Of a stretch of DNA of 64,000 bases, positions 34,900-48,344 are shown one piece after another. Origin of the DNA: Felis catus (Eukaryota); NCBI RefSeq assembly GCF_018350175.1, contig NC_058368.1:109804001-109868000 (forward strand), given 5' to 3'. The notes under the pieces are model-generated. The model searched no databases. It was not told where the DNA came from and was given only the letters and a program-made list of their open reading frames with translations. Made by a program: the position numbers and the translations under genes. How positions within the stretch are numbered: position 1 is the first letter of the stretch; each line of letters opens with the position of its first letter.

Positions 34900-36778
34900 T
34901 TTTTTTTGGTTTAATTCTTTTTTTTAAAATTAATTTATTTTAAAATTTACATCCAAGTTAGCATATAGTGCAACAATGATTTCAGGAGTAGATTCCTTAG
35001 TGCCCCTTCCCCATTTAGCCCATGCCTCCTCCCACAACCCCTTCAGGAACCCTCTGTTTGTTTTCTATATTTAAGAGTCTCTTAGGTTTTTGTCCCCCTC
35101 CCTGTTTTTATATTGTTTTTGCTTCCCTTCCCTTATGTTCATCTGTTTTGTATCTTAAATTCTTCATATGACTGAAGTCATATGATATTTGTCTTTCTCT
35201 GACTAATTTCACTTAGCATAATATCCTCTAGTTCCATCCACGTAGTTGCAAATGGCAAGATGTCATTCTTTTTGATTGCCGAGTAATACTCCTTTGTGTG
35301 TGTGTGTGTATATATACATACATGTATATACACGTATATACACATCTTCTTTATCCATTCATCCATCGAGGGACATTTGGGCTCTTTCTATACTTTGGCT
35401 ATTGTTGATAGTGCTGGTATAAACATGGGGGTGCATGTGTCCCTTCGAAACAGCACACCTGTATCCCTTGGATAGATACCTAGTAGTGCAATTGCTGGCT
35501 CATAGGGTAGTTCTATTTTTAATTTTTTGAGGAACCTCCGTATTGTTTTCCAGAGTGGCTGCACCAGTTTGCATTCCTACCAGCAGTGCAAAAGAGGTCT
35601 TCTGTCTCTGAATCCTCTCCAACATCCATTGTTGCATGAGTTGTTAATGTCAGCCATTCTGACAGGTGTAAGGTGGTATCTCATTGTGGTTTTAATTTGT
35701 ATTTCCCTGATGATGAGTGCTGTTGAGCATTTTTTTATGTGTCGGTTGGCCATCTGGATGTCTTTTTTGGAGAAGTGTCTATTCATGTCTTTTGCCCCTT
35801 TCTTCACTGGATTATTTGTTTTTTTGGATGTTGAGTTTGATACCTTCTTCTAGATTTTGGATACTAACCCTTTATCTGATAAGTCATTTGCAAATATCTT
35901 CTCCCATTCTGTCGGTTGCCTTTCAGTTTTTCTGATTGTTTCCTTGGCTCTGCAGAAGCTTTTTATTTTTATGAGGTCCCAGTCATTCATTTTTGCTTTT
36001 GTTTCCCTTGCCTCTGGAGGCATGTTGAGTAAGAAATTGGAGTGGCCAAGATCAAAGAGGATTTTGATGGCTTCCTGTCTTACATTGAGGTCTTTAATCC
36101 ATTTTGAGTTTATTTTTGTGTTTGGGATAAGAAAGTGGTCCAGGTTCATTCTTCTGCATGTTCCTGTCCAGTTTTCCCAGCACCACTTGCTGAAGAGACC
36201 ATCTGTATTCCATTGGATATTCTTTTGTTAGCCTCTTATTTTTTAAATTATTTTTAAAATTATTTTTAATATAATTTATTGTCAAATTGGCTACCATACA
36301 ACACCCAGTGCTCATCCCAGCAAATGCCTTCCTCAATACCCATCACCCACCTTCCCCTCTCCCCGCCGCCATCACCCCTCAGTTTGTTCTCTGTATTTAT
36401 GAGTCTCTTATGGTTTGTCTCCCTCCCTCTCTGTTTGTAACTCACCCCCCCCCCCTTTCCTTCCCCTGTGGTCCTCTGTTAAGTTTTCATTGGATATTCT
36501 TTGTCAAAGATCAGTGAGCCATACATTTGTGGATCCATTTCTGGGTTCTGTATTCTGTTCCATTGATCTGAGTGTCTGTTTTTGTGCCAGTACCATACTG
36601 TCTTGATGATTACAGCTTTGTAATACAGCTTGAAGTCCAGGACTGTGATGCCTCGAGCTTTGGTTTTCTTTTTCCAGATTGCTTTGGTTATTCGGGGTCT
36701 TTTCTGGTTCCATACAAATTTTGGGATTGTTTTTCTAGCTCTATGAAGAATGCTGGTGTTATTTTGATAGGGATTGTG
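34900..36778 (-). mobile_element. 5'-truncated carnivore L1 (3' UTR plus disrupted ORF2 C-terminus)
   Basis: Minus-strand ORF fragments [54 protein letters not shown] and [15 protein letters not shown] are L1 ORF2; frameshifted. Confidence 0.95.
36226..36487 (-). mobile_element. Short L1 3'-end fragment nested in the older L1
   Basis: L1 3' UTR (catacaacacccagtgctcatccc) bounded by CATTGGATATTCTTT at 36211-36225 and 36488-36502. Confidence 0.88.
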
Positions 36779-37209
36779 ACTTGCTCTATAATTCTATTGA
36801 TTGGTGCTGGTCTGGAGGCTGATGAGAAGAAGCCATGTAGATGAGGGGCCCTTTGCAACTCTGAAGAACACTCTCTCCTGCCTGGTCTGGGCACTTGAGT
36901 GGCACTGCTCTGGAAAGTGGGTGCTCCTGTCTTGGCAGTGCTGCATGTGATGTTGTCCCCCTCTTCTGTGCCTGCTAGGAGACAGTCCCTGGGTCAGGCT
37001 GTGATGGTGCTGGCCAGGTGGAGCTGCTTCAGGATCCCAGACAGAGCACACACTTAGGTCTTCAGAGAAGCTCACTGCATGGGCTTTATTCATAAAGACC
37101 TCTTCATTGGGCCGAACTGGGCCAAGAGATCTTTATAGAGGGCAGGGAGTAGCTCATACTCATATCTGTAGCCACAGAACTTGGCCATAGGTGTAGCATG
37201 CAGTCTGCT

Positions 37210-37545
37210 GGTTGGATGAATACATGGGTGAATAGATAGGTGACAGAATGGCTTCGTGGGGACATAAATGAACCAAGAGATTGAAAACATGGATGATGGA
37301 GGAATGGATGGTTTGATGGAGCTCAAACTAATGTGCAGAGGAGTGTTTGGGTGAAAAAATGGGTGAATGAAAGTGTGGATGAAAAGAGTGGGTGGTGAAT
37401 CTCTGGATAAATAGGCAAGAGGAGGTTGTGTGGATGGTTGGATGAATGCATAAATATTGGGCAGGAAAAGGAAGATGGGTGATTAGGTGAAAGGAACATT
37501 AGAATGGTGGATTGATGGAGGATCAAGAAGGGATGAATGAAGGGG
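37210..37545. repeat. Degenerate (TGGA/TGAA)n low-complexity tract
   Basis: Recurring ggatg/gatgaa/tggatg units. Confidence 0.7.
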
Positions 37546-39014
37546 GCTCGTTCCAACATAAGCATTGGCCAGGGCCAGTTGAGGACATCGCTTCTTAGGG
37601 TCAGCATGTACCATGTTTCTCTGCCTTTACTCTTGTGCTTTGTCCAGACATGTCTGAGCTTCTCCAGGCTTTCATTGGCTTCCCCAGAGAGGTCTCATTT
37701 CTTTGGCTGTGCTAATCAAGTCTCTCCCTCATTAGAGCTGTCAGCTCCCTGTCATTTTTTTGGGGGCAGGCTGGGACATGTGTATGGGGGTGCAGATGAT
37801 TTTTTTGTTGGAATGTGTATGGGGAATTTGTTATGAAAAGTCAGTCATCTTTCTATACAAACCTTGTAGGATTTTGCTAATAATGAAGAAACCAAGAGTG
37901 TTACTGAGAGGAAGAGGGAAGAGAAACTGTCTTAAAGAGATATTAATCAGGACAGAAAATTATTTCTTTTTAAGACACCATTCCTGACCCATGTGGGTGT
38001 GTGATAACGACCCTCCTACATGCAGATGTGGACCTGTCAGAAAGTGCTTCCTTGGACCTGGAAGGACCTTCTCCTCTGGGGAAGATGAATTTCAGAGAGA
38101 AGAAAGGATGGCATCATACCTCTAGATATGAATCTTCTCTGTGGAGGCGGCAGGAATGGATACTGGGGTGGCAAGTCGTTTGTCTCTCTAGTGACAGGGG
38201 CTCAGAAGGTGTGGAGCGGAGAATGGAGTTCTACATTCCGATTAGGCTGTGTCACTGCTGGGGGCAGTCAGAGTGGGGGAAGCATGGCAGGTCTGGCCAT
38301 TTCGAGGTTCTGGGTTTTCTGCATCAGCAAAGGCTTTAATCATGATGATCAGCAGTCATCTCATCACCATTAATTCAGTTACATGTCAAACAGGATTCCT
38401 GGAGAGGTTCCATTGCATATGGCACAGACGGACGATGGGAGCCTTTCTATACACTGTAGCGTAGCCCACTTGGACTCTGGGCACCTGTCAGAAGTACCGT
38501 CATCAGCAGCCCTCTCCTTAGAAAATGCATGAACATTTCTGTGGCTCCCTTTCCTCTGATTTTTAGGATTCCAACCACCAAATCCCATCCTCTGTACTCT
38601 GAGTAGTCCATGGATTGGTTTTTCTGCTGCACCCCTGCTGCAGTGTGAAATCAGAAAAAACCCTGGACCTTCTTTCATTAAGGCAACCTCAGTACCATTA
38701 AACATCTGAAAGAGATGCCTGAGGCTCCAAAAGCCTTGATGAGGGTAATGAACAGCTTTGCTGAAGGTTTTCTTAATGGGACCACCAACCAGGAATTACA
38801 CAGCAAACTTTGTAAGTATTCTCTTCAACTCATTTTTGTTCTCGTGGGCTGGATCTTTTAGGCACTGCTCACATTGGATTTCTTTTCAAAATGCCCTGTC
38901 TCTGGACTAGTTTCCTTTCTCCACTGCTCCTTTTGGCTCTGGGCTAGACCTTTAAAGCAACTCCCAGCTCCAAAATTTTTGTTTTTCTTCCAGTAAAGAC
39001 AAGGCCATTCTTCT

Positions 39015-39202
39015 TTTTAAAAAAATTTAAAGAAATTTTATTTTAAATGTTTATTTTTGAGAGAGAGAGAGAGAGAGAGAGACAGAGAATCAGAAGCAGG
39101 CTCTGTGCTGATAGTGCAGAGCCTGATGCTGGGTTCAAACCCACGGACCTGAGCCAAAATCAAGAATCAGACCCTTAACTGACTGAGCCACCCACGTGCC
39201 CC
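39015..39202 (-). mobile_element. Can-SINE (internally deleted)
   Basis: Antisense SINEC body. Confidence 0.85.
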
Positions 39203-39639
39203 AAGTCTGTTCTTAGTAAATGGCTGTGTACTCTATTGCTCATTCTCCCCCTCGTCTGGTCCCCCACCCTGACCGATCCCATGAGTGGAGCTGGGAGCTT
39301 GGTGTCACCAGGTTGCTTTGGCTCGACTTGCTTGGGGTGACTTTAGTTTAGCTGGGCAGGCTGAGGTGCAAGGTTTGGCCCCTGGGAAGTTGAGGGTGGG
39401 TAGAAAAGAAGTCAGCGGTGCTGAGGGTGAGATGCCCTCAGATTGCCCATGGCATCCTGAGGTTTTACCTTTAGAAATCAAGTAAAATCATCCTTGGTTC
39501 TGACTCACAGAAACCTTTTCAAATTAGTTATTAGCAATAAATTATTTTGAGGGCATAGGAATTTCTCTTGGAACCCAAGGGCAGGAAGGAATCCCAGACT
39601 CAGGAACAGACTAGGAGTAGAACCTAGAGAGATGCCTGC

Positions 39640-39900
39640 TCCCCCTCTAACCCCCTGCCATCTCCTCTTGTCTCCCCCTCTTTATCCTCCCTGTCTGTTC
39701 TTCCTCTCCCAGTCTCTCCCCACCTCCTTTCTCCCAGCCCCTTGCTCTCTCCACCTTTGACTCTCCTTCCTGTCTCCTCCTTGTGTGCCCTGTGTCTTCC
39801 TCTCTTTCTCCTTCCTCCTGTCTCCTCCCATCACCCCCCGTCTTTTTTTCCTCCCCTGACTCCAACTCCCCATCTCCCCTTTCCCACCCTCCACTCTTGC
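39640..39900. repeat. CT-rich low-complexity tract
   Basis: About 260 bp, almost entirely pyrimidine on the + strand. Confidence 0.8.
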
Positions 39901-41499
39901 TGTGCAGGGCAGCGTTTCTCCTTTGTCTGGACGTAAGAAGATGACCATCCTGACCACCTGAGTTCTTACTGGCATTCAGTTCCAGTCACATGAGGAAACT
40001 GGATTATTCTGAATTCAATATCTAGAGAAATTCTCACTGACCCAGCTTGGGTGAGGTAGTCTCCCGAGGTCCAATCAGCTGTGGTCAGGGAGGGAGGACA
40101 GTCATGAGGCAAACATGGCTGCTAGGATCCACACTTGTGCTATGAGAAGGCAACTTCTCAGGGAAGATGGAATGAATCATGGACTTTGCAGACACCCCCA
40201 AGTTGTTCACCATAGGATGGACTTGTTAGACCAATGAAAGGAATCCTTGACCCAAATGGGAAAATGGTTATGGCACTCTCATCACTATTCATATGGCTAT
40301 AACCAACTATGTGTAATTTTGTAGTATTGTATTATTTTAGTTTTCCATGTTATTACAAAAATTTTATAGACTTCAAGTGGTTTCATAACACATTTCTTAA
40401 TAATTTTCTCATTGTGGGACATCTAACTTGTTAAAAAAATTTCCCCACCATTACAGATAATACAACAGTAGTTACCTTTATGTATAAGGCTCTTTCTGGG
40501 TTTTGGATTTTTTTTTTTGGAATAGACTGTGAGAGGTGTAATTATAGGTTCAGGTTCTTGCTTGCAAATGAGAGAATCCACTATTGATATTTAAGGAGAA
40601 AGGAATCTTTACACAAGGTATTAAATAGCTCTGGCAGTTGGGGTGGTGATGGAGAGAACTAGGCTTGGATATGGCAGCCAGGAACAATGGAGCCAAGATC
40701 AGTGCTCCATCCCATTGTGGAACTTGGTAGTGAAACACCGTGGCTGCTTGCTAATGCTTTGTGCTAATGATGCCAGGTTTTGAACTCTAGAAGCTCTGCC
40801 ACAGATTGTCTAGAAGGACCAGCTGCCGTGTACAGCACACTACTAGACAACCGAGCTCCTTGCAGATGGCTTTCATTTCACCTCTCCCTTCTGAGTCCCA
40901 GTCCAAGGCCGGGGTGGGGTGGGGTGGGGGAAGGGGTCGTCAGATTAGCAGAACCTGGACCCATGTCCTCAATCTAGTGATAAGGAAGTCTGACAAATGC
41001 ATGTTCGGATTCCTAGTGCAAGAAGGTAACATTCATATGAAACCAACAAAATATCATGGGATTATTAAAAAGATGTCAGACAGCCATGATGGATGGAGGC
41101 CCACTGTGTATTCAGATGCACACTGAGAGAAAAGACTACATGGGCTGGAGCAGTGGCTCAGTGATATCAACCTCTCTCCAGCTCTTTTCTATTTTTCAGG
41201 GACAGTGTGTCTCCTCATGGCCCCAAATAGCTGCCACGTCTCTAAGCATCAGGTTGTTGTTTGTTGGAATCCCAAGGAGGAAGGAAAAGGGTAGGAGCAA
41301 AAGGTATTTCTCCTTAAGATCTTTCTTTTTAGAGATTGAAGTCTCTAGTACTTTCCTTTACATGGTGTACGTCAAATGCCTAGTCCAAGATCTATTCTTG
41401 GCAAAAGGTGACATGACATTGTCATGACATTGTTCCCCAAAGTTGGGATTCTGTTAGGAGGAAAGAAACACGATTAGCTTTTTGGAAAGCAATAGTATC

Positions 41500-43500
41500 T
41501 GCCCTAATAGGTCTTAACTTTAGTTTGTTTCTTTATGAATATTTTAAGATTTCTGATAGAGGCTGCCACATGGTTTCCAAAAGGATTTACCAACTTAAAT
41601 TCTTAGGAATAGCATAGGAATATGTTTATTTCATTATACTACACCTTGCCAGCTAGTGACTACCATGATATGGAACTCTCTTATTCTGATAGGTTTTTAG
41701 ATGAAATTATCTTGACTTGTGTAGGAATGTAATGTTACCATGAGTGATTGAATGAAAATAATAGTATAGTGTCATTTTTAATAGTTATATTTTTACATGC
41801 TGTTTCTTTTTGTATTGCTCAGGCCCTTCTGAACAGTCTTAGCTAACAATGGTGATAATGAGCATCCCTGTCTTATTCCTGACTTTAATGTCAAAACTTA
41901 AGTGTCACACTGGTAGGTATGATAAGAGTTACTCATTTGAGATCTATCTTATTTCCTCAAATTAAGATAGTGGTTCTAAGATGCACCAACGTGATGATTG
42001 TGTGGAAAAGAGAGGGTAGGAGTTACTTAATATTAACTTTGTGCATTGTTTGAAAGACATTATTCAACAATGTGAAAGAAACATGCCTTATAATAACCAA
42101 GGATGGTATATGTCTGTTTTCTTGTCATTGATAGTGTCACATAATGAAATAATCATTTGATAGAACCAGTATTCTCATGGAAGAGAAATTCTTTTTTTAA
42201 AAAAAAAGTAAACATTTTTTTATAGAGAACTTTCATGGGGGAGGGGCAGAAAGAGAAGGAGACACAGAATCTGAAACAGGCTCCAGGCTCTGAGCTGTCA
42301 TCACAGAGCCCGATGCAGGGCTCATACTCACAAACCATGAGATCATGACCTCAGCCCAAGTCAGATGCTTTGCTGACTGAGCCACCCAGGTGCCACTCTA
42401 CTTTTTAAAAAAAGTTTATTTATTTAGGGGCGCCTGGGTGGCTCAGTCGGTTAAGTGTCTGACTTCAGCTCAGGTCATGATCTCCCAGTCTGTGAGTTCG
42501 AGCCCCGCGTGGGGCTCTGTGCTGACAGCTCAGAGCCTATAGCCTGTTTCCGATTCTGTGTTTCCCCCTCTCTCTGCCCCTCCACCACTCGTGCCCTGCT
42601 CTCTCAAAAACTAAATAAACATTAAAAAAAAAAGTTTATTTTGAGAGAGAGAGCACACACGTGTGTGTGAATGGGGGGAGGGGCAGAGAGAGAGGGAGAA
42701 AGATTCCCAAGCAGGCTCCCTGCTCAGGGCAGAGCCTGACGCGGGGCTCCTTCTCACGAACCGTGAGATCATGACCTGATCTGAAACCAAGAATCGGATG
42801 CGTGACCGACTGAGCCACTCAGGCATCCCCTCTACGCGCCCCCCAATGACATCTCTCTTGATGTCTGGCACCTCTCATCCCCTGGAGAGTGAATAAACTC
42901 TGTTCCTGTTTCTTGTTCCATTCTTGGTGCATTTCTTTGCCACCTGCGTCACTGGCCATCCTAACACTTATTTTCACAAGTGAGGATAATGCATGGTTTT
43001 TTTGTTTTGTTTTATTTTTTGTACTCTTTTGTCAGATTTTGATGTCTGCATTATGATAGTTTCTTAAATTACGTTGCTGGTCAACTTTGTTTTTTGTGGC
43101 TGAACAGTTCGTATGACCAGAATTAGCAGTTTCTTGAAAGTTAAATTCAGCATGTGACTTGGAGCCTTTGTGCAAGTAAATATTTGGTGACTTTTTCCTT
43201 CATGATTGGTCTTAAAAAATTCTTATCAGCGTTCATTTTGATAATTTACATATTCCTTAGAAAATCTTCCATGTCATTGAGATCTCCAAATTCGTTAGCC
43301 AAATTCTTTTGCCAGAAATTTGATTGTTTTAATCTGATTTTCCCCAAAGAACAACCTTCAGTGTATTTGTTAACATTCTTGTATCATTCTTGGATTATTT
43401 TGGTTCTTCTCTCTTTCTCTCGGGAACAATTGAATGTTTTCAATCCAAGGCAGTGTTACCTACCTTTAACACAGGTGGTGAAAGTTTGGTTTCCAGTTTG
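41500..43500 (-). mobile_element. Ancient L1M-type fragments interrupted by SINEs
   Basis: ggtgataatgagcatccctgtcttattcctgacttta and other old L1 antisense blocks. Confidence 0.55.
42190..42830. mobile_element. Three-SINE cluster: (-) 42190-42395, (+) 42427-42626, (-) 42634-42830
   Basis: Three recognisable SINEC bodies in alternating orientation. Confidence 0.92.
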
Positions 43501-44063
43501 ATCTGTGACTGCTTTGCTCCTGAATTTTGGAGTTTTTGAATTACTCCATGAATAAATGATAGAAGGCAGGAATCTCTTCTGTTTTTTTCTCTAATGTATC
43601 CCAAGCATCTAGATCAGTTCCTGGAACATAGTAGGGGTGTAATATGTATGTGTTAGTCAAATGAAAAAATGAATCTGGGGAGCTGGAGGGAAGCTGTTGG
43701 AAGCCTCCTTTTCTGGGGACAGGAAGCAGGAGGGGACAGGACACAAGGTTGGCTGTAGCTGTGAGCTTTTGCTACCGCTTCTCCCTGCCCACCCCCAATC
43801 AGCTCCCCATGCTGTACAGAGGAGGTTCCTCTTGGACTGTGTGGTGGCCAGCGTTAGGGACCATCTCCCCTTTTGAACTCTGTCCCCCTTGCTCTTGCCT
43901 GTGACCTTAGGCAGTGAAGTCTCTTGTGGCCACAGCTCGAGATGCTGACAGGAGTGAGAAGGTTGGGAGTGAAGGCTGTCTTCTGGAAGGTGAAGAAGGT
44001 GAACACTAGGCAGGAGACAAGTTACCCGGACAGAGGGGCAGGGGCTGAGGCAGTATGACGTGG

Positions 44064-44120
44064 TTTTTATTTTTTTATGTTTATTTATTTTGACAGAAAG
44101 AGCACAATTGGGGGAGGGGC

Positions 44121-44156
<36 letters not shown>

Positions 44157-44303
44157 TCCCAAGCAGACTCTGTGTTGACAGTGCAGAGTCTGACATGGGG
44201 TTCGATCCCATGTGGAGCTCCATCCCACGAACTGTGTGATCTTGAGTCAAGCCAAAGTCAAGAGTTGGACACTTAGTTGGACACTTAGCCTTACAGGCAC
44301 CCC
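44064..44303 (-). mobile_element. Can-SINE with small internal duplications
   Basis: Antisense body; tandem agttggacactt; atgac[g/a]tggtt TSD. Confidence 0.88.
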
Positions 44304-44511
44304 ATGACATGGTTCTTGGGATGAAAAAGACCTGCAGTAAGGTTTCGTTTTTGCCCCTGCACAGCTCTGAGCTTCGAGCCCAGAACACCTGAGCTGTGGC
44401 TGCTGAGGAACTGGATGGCCTTGCTGGCCTCTGCCTTAGCAACGAGGGAGACCACCTGGGCTCGTTGGGCAGGTGCCCTGCAAGGGGACACCTGCCTCCA
44501 TCTCCATCACC

Positions 44512-44600
44512 ACTTGCCAGATAAGTAGCCAGGTGCCCCTTTAAATTAGGATTTCCGATAAATGGTGAATACTGTTTTTAGTACAAGTTGGTTCCATGCA
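44512..44600. mobile_element. MER53-like fragment
   Basis: ttgccagataa..ttaaatt..atttccgataaa..tttttagtacaagt. Confidence 0.55.
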
Positions 44601-46894
44601 TTTAGGGCCTCTTGATGTACCCAAATCCAAGGCAGGAGACTCCCAGAACCTTGGAGGGACAGCGTATAGGGAAAGCTCTAAGGTTCCCCCCCCCCACCCC
44701 ACCTCCGATCTTAAGCATACCCTAAGGTACTCCCAACAGAAAGTAAAGTCCTGAGACAGGAAAAAGCAAGGCCCCACATCTCCCACCCAGTCTTGCTGCT
44801 TAGATGCAAGCAGGAATGAAGGATGCTCTCTGAACTTTCCTCCACTTGGTAATGGCCTTTTGGACAAGGCAAGTTCTGTCTCACAGGCTTTACTGGACAC
44901 AGGGATGCGTGGGATGAGGTCTTGCCTTCCAGTAGGTCCCAGTCAGTCAAAGGAAGTGAGGAGTGGGCACAGGAAATAGTTCGGTCAGGCTGGTGGCTTA
45001 AATTGGGTGTTGGGGGCTCGGTCAGGAAGGTGGACTGGAGAGGTGAGGTGGGCATGGGGGCCATGCCGAGATGAGGGATGCTAAGGGTAAGCAGCCTGAC
45101 AGTCACAGAGATGGAGATGTGAGGCTGGTAAGATAAGGAAGATGTCCCCTGCCACGCACTTTCTCAGTGCCGTTTGCTTCCAGGCATTCCGAAAAGGCTC
45201 AAGGAAGAATCCTAAATTTCTGGGCTACAAAATAAGCTTTGGGCAAGAAGTGTCGCAGAGGTGATAACCTCTAGGTTTTGTCACAAAGTTTGTGTTAGCC
45301 GTAGACTAGCCTCATTTATTTCTGGCAGAAGGTTAAAAAGTATGCAAATAATTTTAATGGGCATAATTATGTTCTCATCACAAAATAATGTGGCACAGTT
45401 CCATAATTACTCAAAAGTGATCATTGTGTGAACAGCTATTAATTAGCGAATAGCTTTGGAAAAAAATTCCCATAGATTTGGGAAGCATTGTTAATAACCC
45501 ATTATGATATGTCTTGGGGTCAAATCACCATGTTGTGTCAAAGCATAGATTTATGGCTCTGTTTTTAATCATTTCAGAATAATTAAGAATGTGCCGTGCA
45601 TCTGACTGGGCAGATTTTAGGCACAAAAACCATATATCTGCATTAGGAAGGGAACGGGTCATTTCCGGCCAAAATGGAGATCAAAGCTCTTCTGACATCC
45701 ATTTGGCAAGAGCATGCACATTTTATAGCTTCTCAGAAAGCATTAGTGATTTTAGATAAATAGCATCCAGCTTTTCTTTCCCTCCCCTCCATAGTCTTCT
45801 CTCAAGCAAGGGAGGAAAATCACAATTGTCAGGAACTTCTGACCTTGACTTAGACTTTTGGGGAACCCAGCTATACACTGAGGTTAGGGTGGGGATATTT
45901 CTATATTGCTCTCTGCCTTTCTCCAGAGCAGGTCTGAGTGAAGCACTTGGCTCTTACCTCTGAGGGAGACCCTCTTTGTTATGGGAGATGGGGTGCTGCA
46001 ACCTCATTTAGAACAGCACCCTTCCTGGAACTGGAATACTAGAGCATTTTTAGACTTTGGGAGCAGCTCCACCTCTGGACTTGCCTGGAATCCTGGCTGG
46101 GGAGGGGACGGAGGTTGCTATTTACTGAGCGTCTGTGTGTCCCAGGCGATTTGCTAGTCACTTGGCATAGGTCTGTTATCTTGGCTTTCCAGCGACACAG
46201 GTGGTGTTACCCCTGTCTTACCAGTGAGGAAACTGGAGCTCAAAGAAGTGAGGGGACCCTGCAATATTTTTTTACCGTGAGAAAGAAGCTAATGGCTGGT
46301 CGGAATTTTTAGGTCTAGTATGTCATTTGATGTGTGACTCTCCTTGGGGACTTACTTCTGAAGAGGTCATCTGGCTCAGGGTTCACTTGGTCATGTGGAG
46401 GGGTGCTCACCACCCCTCCTGTCTCCTTCAGCATGTGTAATGAGTATAAATGCTCACTGTTTAATCCAAAAATGTATTGAAGAGAGGAGAGCTCCCCCTA
46501 TGCCCCTTCTAATCCTATTTACTAGAGGAAACCACTCTTAGCAATGGAGTGTGTATCATTCCAGATAACTTCCTATGAATGTATAAGTATGTAATTTTTT
46601 ATTGTGAGTAGAATCACATGTACTTCTCTGTGATGTGCTTCTTACTCAACAGTAACTTGTAGATTTTTTTACATGTGCATGTGCACCTCCTTCATTATGT
46701 TGATTTCCTACCTAGCAGCTCTCCAGCTATCACCTGTTGCCTATTTTTATTTATCTGTCTAGTTGTTTTTATCTTCAAAATAGATCTGACCATTTTTGAC
46801 TCCTTCTAACTCCCTGTCCATCTCTTGATTGGATTGCTGTCATAGCCCACCACCAAGAATCCCTGCTTTCACCCTTGGCCAGCCCTGTAGTCTA

Positions 46895-47132
46895 TTATTT
46901 TTTTTTAATTTGTTTAAATGTCTTTTTAAAAAAATTTGTTTAAATGTTTATTTATTTTTGAGAGAGGTGGGTGGGAAGGGGCAGAGAAAGAGGGAGACAA
47001 AGGGTCTGAAGCCGGCTCCATGCTGTCAGCACAGAGCTTGATGTGGGACTCAAACCCACGAACTGTCAGGTCATGACCTGAGCCAAAATCAAGAGTCAAA
47101 TGCTTAACTGACTGAGTCACCCAGGTGTCCCC
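46895..47132 (-). mobile_element. Can-SINE inserted in an L2 fragment (~46790-47520)
   Basis: Antisense SINEC body; L2-like flanks (gtctattcttaacccagcagccaga). Confidence 0.85.
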
Positions 47133-48344
47133 TACCCACAGGAGTCTATTCTTAACCCAGCAGCCAGAACATGACCTTCAAACTGCAGGTTAGGTCATGT
47201 CGCTAGTTTGCTTACAACCCTACCATTGGGGTAAAAGCCACTACCCTCACATGGCCTTGGAACCTCTTGGTGGTTCACCTCCTCCTTCCAGCCTGATCCA
47301 TGTGTTTGATTTCATCTCCTATCACTCTGTCACCCTTGTTGGATCTGCTGCTGCTGCTCTGCTGGACTCCCTGCTGTTCTTTGGACTCACCAAATGTCCT
47401 ACTACCTCAAGGACTTTGGATTTAGTGTTTGTACTGCTTGGAATGTTCTACCCAGGAAGCCATGTGGCTCCCTCTTTTCCTTCTTTTCAGATTTGTGCCT
47501 AAGTGCAGCAAAGGCCTTCCTTGACCACCCCTTGATAGATTGACATAATATCTTAAGGTGATATTTAAAAACCACATACATAAACACCCCAAGTCAAAGC
47601 CAGCATTATACTGACCAATGGAATAATAGAAGCGTTCCAATTTACATGAATAAAAAGACAAACTTGTTTAATTTATTAATCTCTTCAACTGGTTTTTCTA
47701 TTCACGCACGTGCACCGCACTGATGGATTGGGCAGAAAGAGAAGGGATGAAGAAATGGAGGCCCTGGAGCTGCCAAAGAATGTGGAGAGGCAGCAAGCTG
47801 CAAGGAGAGGGTGTGGTCAGAAGGTGATGTTTGAATTAATGACGTTGATAGCCGAATGTTCTTGGTAGATGACAAGGTTCTGGGTGTGACTCTGGATGGC
47901 CAAAAGGGGGTGGAGGGAGGAGGATACTGGAATAAGGTGGTCCAGGAAGTGGAGGTCAGTGTGTGGGAGGAGGACCCACATAAAGGATGGGTCCTTTATG
48001 TGGACACTGGTCACCTAGGAGCTGAGAAGCAATGAGGGCGGAGGAGAAGATGGTTGCCATGAGCCTAAGTCTTAGATGAATAAGTTGGTCATCATTGATG
48101 GGAGTATTGATGTGACAGCAGAGAGGACTGGAGCTCTACCTCCCATCCCTGAGCATCTGGCTGTGGGGTATGGGGTGGCATCTCCATGGAAAGCTATGTT
48201 TGAGAGAAGGCAGGGAGGCTTTTGAGTAGAAGATGATGATCTCAGAGAATTTTTAAATTACGGAGCTATAGTTCTAGAAGACCCTGTGGAGAAGGCTGGA
48301 ACATGAGGGGAGCTCTGTTTTAGAGAGCTACAAATATTAAAATT

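Noticed and set aside
34900..36778. Functional L1 ORF2
   Set aside because: 5'-truncated, frameshifted and interrupted by a nested insertion.
43657..44442. 261-aa minus-strand ORF, the longest in the window
   Set aside because: It has a non-ATG start, crosses a SINE and shows no recognisable domain.
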